From: a virus
DNA length: 64,000 nt
Reading direction: 5' to 3' (one strand)
IMG/VR virus record: IMGVR_UViG_3300010885_037407
Coordinates: 16,740 to 80,739 of that record
Within the stretch, counting starts at the first letter, position 1; the number at the start of each line of letters is the position of its first letter. A model generated the notes under the pieces. It was given only the letters and a program-made list of their open reading frames with translations. It was not told the DNA's origin and searched no databases. The translations under genes were made by a program, and so were the position numbers. This document shows positions 20,412 through 29,187 of the stretch, piece after piece.

Positions 20412-22988
20412 TTAGAAGCTGAAGAAATCAGCCATATTATCATTTTTAGGTATTCTGCCATATCTCAAAGCATCATAAAATCCTTGCAATTTATTCTCTA
20501 ATGACGCTGTGAATATTCTATCATAATCAATGTATTGAGTTATGAAGTCAATAATTTCTTTAGGGTCATCAAAACCTTTTACTGCACAACTATCCAATCC
20601 AAATGGGTTTGCTTTTAAATAAGTCCACTTAATCTTTTCTCCATCTAATATAGGTTGAGAAGAAGTTATCTTATAGTACAACATTAAATCATTGTAGTTT
20701 AAAGCTGACTTTGTGTGTGCTGGAGTACCTTTAACTCTATCACCAAACATATTACTTTTGTCTGATTTTTTAGTTTTAACTTTGTACTTTTTCAATTCTT
20801 TAACACCTGTCGGAAACATAATATCAAACATTGGCTTTGATTTCATTTCTTCTCTAAATGCTAACACCTTATCATCAATTTGCTTTTGAGGAGATATGTT
20901 TAAAATATCAATTAAGATACCTGACATAAACTCTCTAAATGCTTTTGGGAAATTGGATCTTACAACATCCATTCCTTTTACATCTAATTTCCATTCTTTT
21001 GCACCATTAGTCATTTGTGATATTAAGATGCCTTTCTCTGATATAATCTTTTGAGCATATCGTTTTTTGGCTATCCATAATCCAGACTCAGCTACATATT
21101 CTTGCTTGATGTTTAAGAAGTGAGTATCAGAGTTTAAGAAATGCTTGGCAAATGAATCCCAAGAATCATTGATATACTTTTCAACTACTTGAGAAGTTTT
21201 ATAAGTAACATCAATTTTTTCTTGTTTAGTCATTGACTTATTCATTTTACTTTCCATTAAATCAATAATTGGTTTAGCAGAAAAGTAATTTGAATCAGTA
21301 TCCACATAAATTACATACTCTTTATCGACACCAGTTTGTTTAGTAAACCATTCATTACCTTTCATCATAGCATGCTTGATAACCTGTTGCCCTGTCAATG
21401 TAATAGACTCAGCATTATCTAAATCATGAAATCTAAAACCTGGAGCTCCTAATGCACCATACAAAGAGTTATTTACAATCTTCATAGTATGCTGTCTAGA
21501 GTCAAAGAATTTAGACATATCAGCATTTCCTTCTTTACCATATTTTTTAGCAAGACCTCTATACTCCTCTCTTTCATTCATCCAAGTTGCTAGAATAGAA
21601 GGAATTAGTCCACCTTTGTCTGCATTGTAAACTACTCCAATTGAAGATACGGTACATTTATTATCTAATAGCCATTGACGAAATTCAATGTCTGGAATTA
21701 AATAATGTTTTGAGCCTGACTTCAACTTCATGTTTAAGTCTGCTGTCTTACCTGACCAAAATGCTTCTTTCACTGCATCCCAATTCTCTACTCTACCAAA
21801 TTTAGTTTCTGGAGATATGTTTAAAGTTCTAATGATAGAAGGATATAGAGATGCCATATCCTCATCAAATACCCATTCATAAACTCCTGGTATTGGATCT
21901 TTTACATAGGCTCCTGCAAAGTCATTAGATATTGCTTCTTCTCCTGCAGTCACAGCTTCACGAAGCTTTTTATTAGGAGCTACAATATCTAAACGTTTCA
22001 TATAGGTTATACATGCACCATCTAAATATCTAGTTGGAAAATATACATCTTCATAAGGCACATGACCTTTGTGACATATACCTCGAGCCAATGAAAGGAA
22101 TTTAAGTTTTTCATCTAATTCCAATACCAATGTAACGTCATTAACGTTATACTCAATAAACTTCTCAGGGTCTGTTTTATATAAATGATCTAGATTTCCT
22201 TCATATTCAATTTTACCTTTACCTAATTCCTTTTTACAAATATTGTCCAATGAATAAGATGACTCTTCTGAATATGTAAATAATTTATAAAGTGCCATGT
22301 AATCTAAACAAGACACTCCCATAATTCTATATCGATTTCTGTGCTGTAAATAAATTACTTCATTTACTGGAGAAAGCATATCAGCAAATTGCTTTCCGTG
22401 AACTTGAGTTATTCTATTATACAAATAAGGAATATCAAAAAAGTCAATGTTCCATCCTGTTATAATTGTAGGTTTGATCTCAAGATAGTGAGTAAGGAAT
22501 CTAGTAATTAATTCATCTTCAGTAGTTACTACTTCTAAAATTAAATCCTTATCTGTATATGGTTTTAAGTTTTTATCCTTATCTACAATAATTGCTACTG
22601 ATTGATTCCCTGCTCTGTCATGAAATGCGATTGAAGTCATTGGTTGCCAAGCTTCGTCTGCCGATGAAAAACCTCCTACTGTTGAAACCTCAATATCTAT
22701 AAATAATTCTTTATGACCCACTGAAGGATCATCAGATTCAAAATACATATCTATTAAGGTTCTAACTTCTGGATTGATATCAGACTCATATATCTGACCT
22801 TTTTGAATATCATGCTCATCCCAGTTAGTAACTTTCTCTACTTTGTTACCATCTAATGCAACACATCTTCCATGTGCACTTTTCTTATAAGCATATTTTT
22901 TAAATGGAAATTGTAAATGTCCTAACTTGTCGTCCCAAACATGTACTAAATTTTTATTCTTTTGATATGCTATATTTTGATATGCCAT
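20412..22988 (-). CDS. Family B DNA polymerase with 3'-5' exonuclease (gp43-like)
   Basis: FIDIE, GWNIDFFD, YNVND exonuclease motifs; DMASLYPS, KIVNNSLYG, YVDTDS, KKRY, KGMD. Confidence 0.96.
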   Translation of the reverse strand: MAYQNIAYQKNKNLVHVWDDKLGHLQFPFKKYAYKKSAHGRCVALDGNKVEKVTNWDEHDIQKGQIYESDINPEVRTLIDMYFESDDPSVGHKELFIDIEVSTVGGFSSADEAWQPMTSIAFHDRAGNQSVAIIVDKDKNLKPYTDKDLILEVVTTEDELITRFLTHYLEIKPTIITGWNIDFFDIPYLYNRITQVHGKQFADMLSPVNEVIYLQHRNRYRIMGVSCLDYMALYKLFTYSEESSYSLDNICKKELGKGKIEYEGNLDHLYKTDPEKFIEYNVNDVTLVLELDEKLKFLSLARGICHKGHVPYEDVYFPTRYLDGACITYMKRLDIVAPNKKLREAVTAGEEAISNDFAGAYVKDPIPGVYEWVFDEDMASLYPSIIRTLNISPETKFGRVENWDAVKEAFWSGKTADLNMKLKSGSKHYLIPDIEFRQWLLDNKCTVSSIGVVYNADKGGLIPSILATWMNEREEYRGLAKKYGKEGNADMSKFFDSRQHTMKIVNNSLYGALGAPGFRFHDLDNAESITLTGQQVIKHAMMKGNEWFTKQTGVDKEYVIYVDTDSNYFSAKPIIDLMESKMNKSMTKQEKIDVTYKTSQVVEKYINDSWDSFAKHFLNSDTHFLNIKQEYVAESGLWIAKKRYAQKIISEKGILISQMTNGAKEWKLDVKGMDVVRSNFPKAFREFMSGILIDILNISPQKQIDDKVLAFREEMKSKPMFDIMFPTGVKELKKYKVKTKKSDKSNMFGDRVKGTPAHTKSALNYNDLMLYYKITSSQPILDGEKIKWTYLKANPFGLDSCAVKGFDDPKEIIDFITQYIDYDRIFTASLENKLQGFYDALRYGRIPKNDNMADFFSF

Positions 22989-23993
22989 CTATTTACTTGT
23001 TTTAATAACGTCAATCATTATTTGTGCATTGTTATCCCATTTTTCTGTCCAAGACATTGGAACTACTAAACCACCTTCATTGAATTTTGTTTCAATTTCA
23101 TATACTGATTCATATACATTTTTAGCAGGTACCATTTCAGGGCAACAAGCTCTATTCGGAACTAAAATTTCACAACCAAAATAAATTGCTTCTTGAATAG
23201 TGTAGCCAAACGTTTCTTGATAAGCAGTTGACAAATACCATTTTGCTCTTTTCATTAAATCAAAATACTCTGCTTTTGTCAATGAATGTCTATACTCAAT
23301 ATTTTTAGGAAGTTTACCTAAATCTTTTGCTGGGCCTGAAGAAGTAATAATAATTTTCTTATCTGTGAATTTTGCAAATTCTATTAATTCAGCAATTCCT
23401 TTTTCTTTGGAAAATCTATGTGGCCAAATAACAAAATCTTCTTTGGCTCCTTCGTTTGGAAATTGCTTCATATATTCCAAGTCCCATACTAATCCTGTTG
23501 TGTAAACAGTTGCTGGATTCAAATTGAAATGGTTACATACATTTTCTTTATGGTCATCACTGCCTACAAAAATTCCATCACATATAAAGTGATATCCTGC
23601 TTCTGAAGCATCTGCCCAATATGATAATTGTTGTACAAAGTCTGTCTTATCAGCTCTACCTGCATAATTAATTCCAAATACTTTTACATCCATGTCTTGT
23701 AACTCAGACATATATTTAATCATTTCAATTCCTGGAAAGAATATATCTCCAATTAAAAATGAATCTCCGTTTTCTACTTTGCCTTCATTGAATAAATCTG
23801 CAACCATTTGAAGTTGGGCTGCTTTGAATTTACATGTATTGACAATGTCTAGAAATTGACCTCTTTTAATTTCAGTATCAATTTCTACTTTTGGATACAA
23901 TGAGATATCTACTTTTGGATAGATAGCTGCATTCATCATTTCGGTATATCTTTGTGGTAATTCTTCTAATGGAAGATAAATAATTTTGCTCAT
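22989..23993 (-). CDS. GT-B glycosyltransferase
   Basis: PLEELPQRYT start, WPHRFSKEKG, QETFGYTIQEA (ExxGxxxxE). Confidence 0.75.
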   Translation of the reverse strand: MSKIIYLPLEELPQRYTEMMNAAIYPKVDISLYPKVEIDTEIKRGQFLDIVNTCKFKAAQLQMVADLFNEGKVENGDSFLIGDIFFPGIEMIKYMSELQDMDVKVFGINYAGRADKTDFVQQLSYWADASEAGYHFICDGIFVGSDDHKENVCNHFNLNPATVYTTGLVWDLEYMKQFPNEGAKEDFVIWPHRFSKEKGIAELIEFAKFTDKKIIITSSGPAKDLGKLPKNIEYRHSLTKAEYFDLMKRAKWYLSTAYQETFGYTIQEAIYFGCEILVPNRACCPEMVPAKNVYESVYEIETKFNEGGLVVPMSWTEKWDNNAQIMIDVIKTSK

Positions 23994-24026
23994 AAACTTT
24001 ATTTTATTTTAATAATATAAGTAATT

Positions 24027-25418
24027 CTATTGAAAGAAACTAGAGAAAGATTCAATTTCCTCCTCTACAACTTCTTTGTGATATAAGTTTCCTTCTGCAT
24101 CCACTACACCTAAATATGTTTCTGTATTGGTATGTTTAACATTGTAATAATTGGCATTAGCATAAATAGATTCAATATCACTCGTTAAATAAATAACTCC
24201 TTTGGTATTTTGTGTTTTGAAATATTCTGATAAAGCAATCCAAGTTCCTTCATTTTCCTTTAAATAAGTATAAAGTCTATTTCTAGGAATTGTTTTTGAA
24301 TTAAGCACAGGGCCATTTTTTAATAAATTCAACAAGGCAGTTTCATATGCTAATTGATAATCTTCAAATTCTTTAGCAACTACCTCTTCATTGTGAACAT
24401 GATTGTTGTACAAGTTCCAAATTACATCTACACACTCTGCTTGATTAGCTACTGTTAAATTTGTCATATGATGAAAGTTGTAATGCCAATTATATTTGTC
24501 TAATACAACAGTTGGCATAAATCGTAATGCTTCCATTACTGCAATTCCGAATGATTCATTTTTATAAGGCATTAGAGCTACCTTTGCAGATTGAATCAAA
24601 GCTGCTTTTTCATGACCTACTACATCAGATACAATTTCATAATTAGTATGTCCTATAGCTGCAAAGTCAGCTTCAAACTTTTTAACATGAGCCTTTCTAG
24701 TTAAAACTTTTGCCTTTAATTCTACTCCATACTTTTCTTTAATACCTGCTAATGTCTTAAAGTATATTTCAGGATTTTTTCTATCTTCATGGCGTCCAAT
24801 AAATAACAATCCTTCTTGATTTGTTAAATTTAAACTATCAGAATCAGTTATTGGATAAGGCTGAATGTATAAATTATGACCGGGATCTTTTTGAAGTTTG
24901 TCATAATTTTGTTGAGTTTGTATTAGTGTAGTAATTGGAAAATACATCATTTTCTCAATTAAATCATAATAACAATCTTTGAATACTCCTGCAGATAGTT
25001 CTGGATTAATAGATGCACATTCATGAGCATATGAAGCTATCTTAATACTTTTATGCAATTCCATTTGATAACAGGTAAAAGCTGATTCTGTGTCATTGCA
25101 AATAATTAAATCGTAAGTGTGATTGGAAAGTGCTTTGACAATAGCAGTTCTGAAATTTATTGCTTTTTCGAAATTGAAGCTATCTCCAAATTGAAATAAG
25201 TTAGAATGCTTTCCATAAGAATGGCGTTCTGCTTTGTCTGGCGTATATACATTAACTTCATATTCTTCTAGGAAATTTGCTTCTGGTTCCCCGTCACACA
25301 CAATATCAATACAATGGCCGTTTTGAAGAAGTGTCTTGACTACACCTAACATGAAAATTCCGTGCCCTGAAGAGGGACGGAAATTCATTTTGTTTATTAT
25401 AAATAATACTCTTTTCAT
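24027..25418 (-). CDS. GT-B glycosyltransferase (GT4-like) with C-terminal extension
   Basis: SGHG, LFIGRHEDRKNP, NESFGIAVMEAL. Confidence 0.8.
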   Translation of the reverse strand: MKRVLFIINKMNFRPSSGHGIFMLGVVKTLLQNGHCIDIVCDGEPEANFLEEYEVNVYTPDKAERHSYGKHSNLFQFGDSFNFEKAINFRTAIVKALSNHTYDLIICNDTESAFTCYQMELHKSIKIASYAHECASINPELSAGVFKDCYYDLIEKMMYFPITTLIQTQQNYDKLQKDPGHNLYIQPYPITDSDSLNLTNQEGLLFIGRHEDRKNPEIYFKTLAGIKEKYGVELKAKVLTRKAHVKKFEADFAAIGHTNYEIVSDVVGHEKAALIQSAKVALMPYKNESFGIAVMEALRFMPTVVLDKYNWHYNFHHMTNLTVANQAECVDVIWNLYNNHVHNEEVVAKEFEDYQLAYETALLNLLKNGPVLNSKTIPRNRLYTYLKENEGTWIALSEYFKTQNTKGVIYLTSDIESIYANANYYNVKHTNTETYLGVVDAEGNLYHKEVVEEEIESFSSFFQ

Positions 25419-25421
25419 AAA

Positions 25422-25858
25422 TAATTACTGTGCTAGCTTTTATTTTATCCGTTTAATATTTGTTTTTTACTTTCTTTTTTTGTTTTAAGCTTATGCTCAA
25501 AGTATTCTTCTAATGCTTTTAATCTTTCATTGAGATTCAAATTTGTTCTGCCTTCCAGCTTATCAACTCTTGAATCTGTATGACTAATTGCTTCACTGAA
25601 CATAGTATTTACTCGATCAATCTCTCGATCTATTCTTCTATTAACGCTTAAGTCATTGTCATTAATTTGTTTTTCAATTGAATTAGCAAGTGCTGATTCA
25701 AGATTTGCAGCAAATACTTGCAACTTATTAACTTCTACAACTGTCTTAACCAATACCACAACCCCTGCTATTCCAAGAACTGCACCTATGCCTAAAATAA
25801 ATGATAATGTTTCCATATGTTTGATTTGTTAATGATAATTAGCTAGCACAGATAATTA
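25422..25858. repeat. Inverted repeat pair flanking ORF 25445-25816
   Basis: TAATTA-CTGTGCTAGCT (25422-25438) versus AGCTAGCACAG-A-TAATTA (25841-25858): 11-bp perfect core plus 6 bp after a 1-nt bulge. Confidence 0.7.
25445..25816 (-). CDS. Membrane-anchored coiled-coil protein
   Basis: Hydrophobic N-terminal segment LSFILGIGAVLGIAGVVVLV, then a charged helix. Confidence 0.65.
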   Translation of the reverse strand: METLSFILGIGAVLGIAGVVVLVKTVVEVNKLQVFAANLESALANSIEKQINDNDLSVNRRIDREIDRVNTMFSEAISHTDSRVDKLEGRTNLNLNERLKALEEYFEHKLKTKKESKKQILNG

Positions 25859-26497
25859 CTTTTTAGCTTTTAAATAATCTATAAATTTATAAAATTCATT
25901 TCTAGTAGCTGGATCTTCTCTGAAAGCTCCTGAAAGTTTACTTGTAATCATAGTTGAGTCATGTCTAACTCCTCTAACACAAGCACACATATGATTTGCT
26001 TCAATTACTACTGCTACTCCTTTATTTCCTTCACAAGTTGCATTTATAAATGATGCAATTTGTTCAGTTAAATTTTCTTGCACTTGAGGACGTCTTGCGA
26101 AATACTCTACAATTCTATTTAATTTAGACAATCCAATTACCTTACCATCTGGAGAAGGAATATAAGCTACGTGAGCAAATCCAATAAATGGTAAATGGTG
26201 ATGTGAACAAAATGATTTCATATCAATATTACCTTGAAATACTACACCATCATACTTATCTAAATTATCAAATGCTGTGATTTTAGGAGCATCTACAAAA
26301 CAACCTTGAGCTAAATCATTTACAAAGGCTTTTGCTACACGTCTAGGCGTATCAGATGAATTAGGGTCATTTTCCCAATCAATTCCTAATGCTGTCATGT
26401 AATTACCATAATGAGTAGCAGCATGTTCAATCATTGCCAACTTCTCTTCTTCTGTTCTTGGAATAGAAGAATTTGCATATTTCAATAACTCTGTCAT
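25856..26497 (-). CDS. folE: GTP cyclohydrolase I
   Basis: [39 protein letters not shown]. Confidence 0.95.
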   Translation of the reverse strand: MTELLKYANSSIPRTEEEKLAMIEHAATHYGNYMTALGIDWENDPNSSDTPRRVAKAFVNDLAQGCFVDAPKITAFDNLDKYDGVVFQGNIDMKSFCSHHHLPFIGFAHVAYIPSPDGKVIGLSKLNRIVEYFARRPQVQENLTEQIASFINATCEGNKGVAVVIEANHMCACVRGVRHDSTMITSKLSGAFREDPATRNEFYKFIDYLKAKK

Positions 26498-26833
26498 TTA
26501 CAAAGGTAATTCTAATTGTTCTTCATCTTCAAGTATAGCCAAGAATTCAGATTCTCTATACAACATATAATCTACTCCACCTAATTTAATTAGCTGACCT
26601 TGACCATAAGGAGGTAATACTACTTCCATTCCTACTTTTGCAGTCATTGGAATTAATACTCCATTTTGAGTATACAATCCAGGCCCTACTGCTACTACTT
26701 TTGCTATTTTCACATCATCAGCTTTAACTGTTTCTGGAATTATAATTCCTGTTGATGTTCTTTTTTCTGATTTGCCTTTTTCTTCAAGTACTAAAACTCT
26801 GTCTCCTAAAGGTCTTATTTTCTTATCTGCCAT
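26498..26833 (-). CDS. groES: Co-chaperonin GroES
   Basis: IRPLGDRVLV, TSTGIIIP mobile loop, VVAVGPG, RESEFLAI. Confidence 0.9.
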   Translation of the reverse strand: MADKKIRPLGDRVLVLEEKGKSEKRTSTGIIIPETVKADDVKIAKVVAVGPGLYTQNGVLIPMTAKVGMEVVLPPYGQGQLIKLGGVDYMLYRESEFLAILEDEEQLELPL

Positions 26834-26836
26834 AAT

Positions 26837-27025
26837 TTATTTAATTGAATATTTTGTTCTTCCGTCTAACGACTCTGCTTTTATTAAATCTTTAGTAATA
26901 TTTACTAATTTCATATCATGATGCCTTTTTAATATTTCTATTAATTCAACACGAGTAAGTCTTTTGTTTTGCCATAATGTATGCAAAGCTCTTAACATTT
27001 CAAATTCCGTAGCTTTATTTATCAT
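26837..27025 (-). CDS. Hypothetical protein
   Basis: 62-aa ORF overlapping its upstream neighbour. Confidence 0.5.
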   Translation of the reverse strand: MINKATEFEMLRALHTLWQNKRLTRVELIEILKRHHDMKLVNITKDLIKAESLDGRTKYSIK

Positions 27026-27311
27026 CTAATTTAATTTCATCTTCTTCTTTAACTATAGGTATAAAGTTTTCTTCATCTTCATCAGTCAGACTAGTGCCTG
27101 ATAATGTAAGTAACATTCTTTCTTTAATTTCTGAATTTACTGCTGCGTCCATTAACTTAATTAAGTTAAGTGGATCTTTACCAAAGATATTAAAGAATCT
27201 TTCTAAACTCTCGTCTAATTGGAAACGAGTATCGCCTTGAGCCCAGCCTTTCTCGAAATCAAGATCAAGTACAAAGGCATTTTTCAATATTTTATCTAAA
27301 TCTAAACGCAT
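27015..27311 (-). CDS. Hypothetical protein
   Basis: 98-aa ORF overlapping the queE stop. Confidence 0.55.
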   Translation of the reverse strand: MRLDLDKILKNAFVLDLDFEKGWAQGDTRFQLDESLERFFNIFGKDPLNLIKLMDAAVNSEIKERMLLTLSGTSLTDEDEENFIPIVKEEDEIKLDDK

Positions 27312-28075
27312 CTTTCTGTATCAAAAGCAATTATATGAGGTCTTCCTGTAAATCTAAATCCATTATCTCTTACCCAATCCATTACTTTAGGATAGGTTTT
27401 CAATAGTGCTACTCTAGTATCACCTGCCGGCATAAAATAAACTTTATCTTCTGGAATGTCCATCATATGAATAAATCCTAAAATTTCTTCTAATATTGAT
27501 TCTTCTTCACCATCCCATACAGGTTTGATTTGATAATCTAAATGATACACAATTGATTTAGCTATAGCATCATAATTCAATCTTAACTTGTTATGCTGCT
27601 TGACCATCTTGTCGTCAACGATGTCGCCGCTCGGAGTGCTAACACCTGGTTTCGGAATACTATTTGAAAACTTAGGGCTAATGCTAAGTAAATCAATCGG
27701 AAAGTCTGTTTCCAAGAAATGACTTCCTTCAGTTTCCATAGTAATAAAAATTCCTCTTTCATTTGCTAAATGTGTTAATTCGTTTACTAATGCCGGATGC
27801 ATTGTAGGAGATCCTCCTGTTAGCATCATTTCTGTGATGTGCGGATTTGCATCATACATAGCTACAATGTCATTGAAGCTAAATGTACCTTTTTCAGGAT
27901 GAATAGAAGTGTACCAAGAATCACACCAACCACCATCTCCAAACCAACATCTGTGAGTACAGCCTGTCGTTCTAATTACTATAGTAGGATAACCTGCTCG
28001 AGAACCTTCTCCTTGAACTGCAGTGTATATTTCTACTATAGGAAGTGTTTTGTTATAATCTTCTATTCTTTTCAT
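27302..28075 (-). CDS. queE: 7-carboxy-7-deazaguanine synthase (radical SAM)
   Basis: EIYTAVQGEG, RTTGCTHRC-x7-CDS, LTGGSP, METEG, ISPK. Confidence 0.88.
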   Translation of the reverse strand: MKRIEDYNKTLPIVEIYTAVQGEGSRAGYPTIVIRTTGCTHRCWFGDGGWCDSWYTSIHPEKGTFSFNDIVAMYDANPHITEMMLTGGSPTMHPALVNELTHLANERGIFITMETEGSHFLETDFPIDLLSISPKFSNSIPKPGVSTPSGDIVDDKMVKQHNKLRLNYDAIAKSIVYHLDYQIKPVWDGEEESILEEILGFIHMMDIPEDKVYFMPAGDTRVALLKTYPKVMDWVRDNGFRFTGRPHIIAFDTERCV

Positions 28076-28218
28076 TATTTAACTCCTTTAGATTTGTAAT
28101 GGTCTGCTTTGGAAAATTTAGAAGAAGACTCTTCTTTCTTTGCAACAAATGGCTTTTTAATTGTTGGTAACCAAGCCATAAATTGTTCGTAATTTGATTT
28201 TGCTGAATTCTTGCTCAT
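28075..28218 (-). CDS. Small hypothetical protein (47 aa)
   Basis: MSKNSAKSNYEQFMAWLPT...; TAATG overlap with the queE start. Confidence 0.5.
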   Translation of the reverse strand: MSKNSAKSNYEQFMAWLPTIKKPFVAKKEESSSKFSKADHYKSKGVK

Positions 28219-28241
28219 GTAATTTATATTTAGTTATTTGT

Positions 28242-28724
28242 TTATCCTCGATATGAATTGCATATCTGATATGACGCTGCATTTCTTTCATGCTCATACA
28301 CTTCTACTTTTACTGCTGATACTCTGCCTTCAGTCTCTTCTTTAAGAAAATTATTAATTTTATTGAAAAGATACTCTGCAAATCTTTCACAGCCTGTTTC
28401 TGGAATTATTCTTAATTGAATAATACCTTCCGTGTTCATTTGCTTAAATAAAGGCAAATAAGGATCGTCTTCTGCTATGACAGTAGTATGATCTAATAAA
28501 TTTTCAAAAAACTCTTTAGGAGTAAATCCGTCAATTTTATTGGTAGCTCTTTTCATTCCGCCAAAGTCCCATACCCAGTTTCTTTCATCTAGTTCACCTT
28601 CAAACCATACTCTAAAAGATATAGCATATCCGTGAAGAAACTTACAATGCGTGCCATCTGCTTTCCATTGACGAAAACAAGTAGAGTAGCCGTCAAATAA
28701 CTTTGTTGATTGAAATTTTTTCAT
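28242..28724 (-). CDS. queD: 6-carboxy-5,6,7,8-tetrahydropterin synthase
   Basis: CKFLHGY, WVWDFGG, LDHT, GCERFA, VEVYEH. Confidence 0.88.
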   Translation of the reverse strand: MKKFQSTKLFDGYSTCFRQWKADGTHCKFLHGYAISFRVWFEGELDERNWVWDFGGMKRATNKIDGFTPKEFFENLLDHTTVIAEDDPYLPLFKQMNTEGIIQLRIIPETGCERFAEYLFNKINNFLKEETEGRVSAVKVEVYEHERNAASYQICNSYRG

Positions 28725-28728
28725 ATTG

Positions 28729-28760
28729 TAAATATAAGAATTCCTTTTGAATTAAACAAG
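28729..28760 (-). promoter_or_regulatory. Bacteroidota-type promoter (c)TTG-N20-TATATTTA upstream of queD
   Basis: Consensus with 20-nt spacer; the -7 box lies only 4 nt from the ATG, implying a near-leaderless mRNA. Confidence 0.55.
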
Positions 28761-29078
28761 GATATTTAATTTACGAAGTGTATTAATTGCAATCTTCTCA
28801 CCTAAAGACAAGAATTCTTCTTGTTTGTTAGCTGACAAAGCAATGTCAATTAATTGTTGAACCCAGGCCTTTTGTTCAGGAGTAACTTTTTTATCGGTTA
28901 AGTAATCGCCAAGTTTGTCTAATTGAAGGAAGTTTTCTAAAACATGTTTTGGTTCTGGAGTTACTACATCCACAAATGATCCAAGGTTGTTGTTTTTAGG
29001 TTGTCTAGGTACTCTGGTAGTTTTAGTCTCTAATTTCGTAACTCCAGGAACACCTTTTTTTATTACTGCTGTTGCCAT
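28752..29078 (-). CDS. Hypothetical protein
   Basis: 108-aa ORF with its own promoter. Confidence 0.6.
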   Translation of the reverse strand: MATAVIKKGVPGVTKLETKTTRVPRQPKNNNLGSFVDVVTPEPKHVLENFLQLDKLGDYLTDKKVTPEQKAWVQQLIDIALSANKQEEFLSLGEKIAINTLRKLNILV

Positions 29079-29103
29079 AACTGATTTAATTTTTATTTGT
29101 ATA

Positions 29104-29135
29104 TAAATATAGTAATTTCTTTTGATATTACCAAA
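29104..29135 (-). promoter_or_regulatory. Bacteroidota-type promoter TTTG-N20-TATATTTA
   Basis: Consensus with 20-nt spacer, just downstream of a terminator. Confidence 0.65.
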
Positions 29136-29158
29136 TTTTATTTTTGATCGAATAGTTG

Positions 29159-29182
29159 AATACTCCCATGGAAGGGAGTATT
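29159..29182 (-). terminator. Hairpin terminator
   Basis: AATACTCCC-N6-GGGAGTATT stem after the 29188 stop. Confidence 0.65.
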
Positions 29183-29187
29183 TTATT

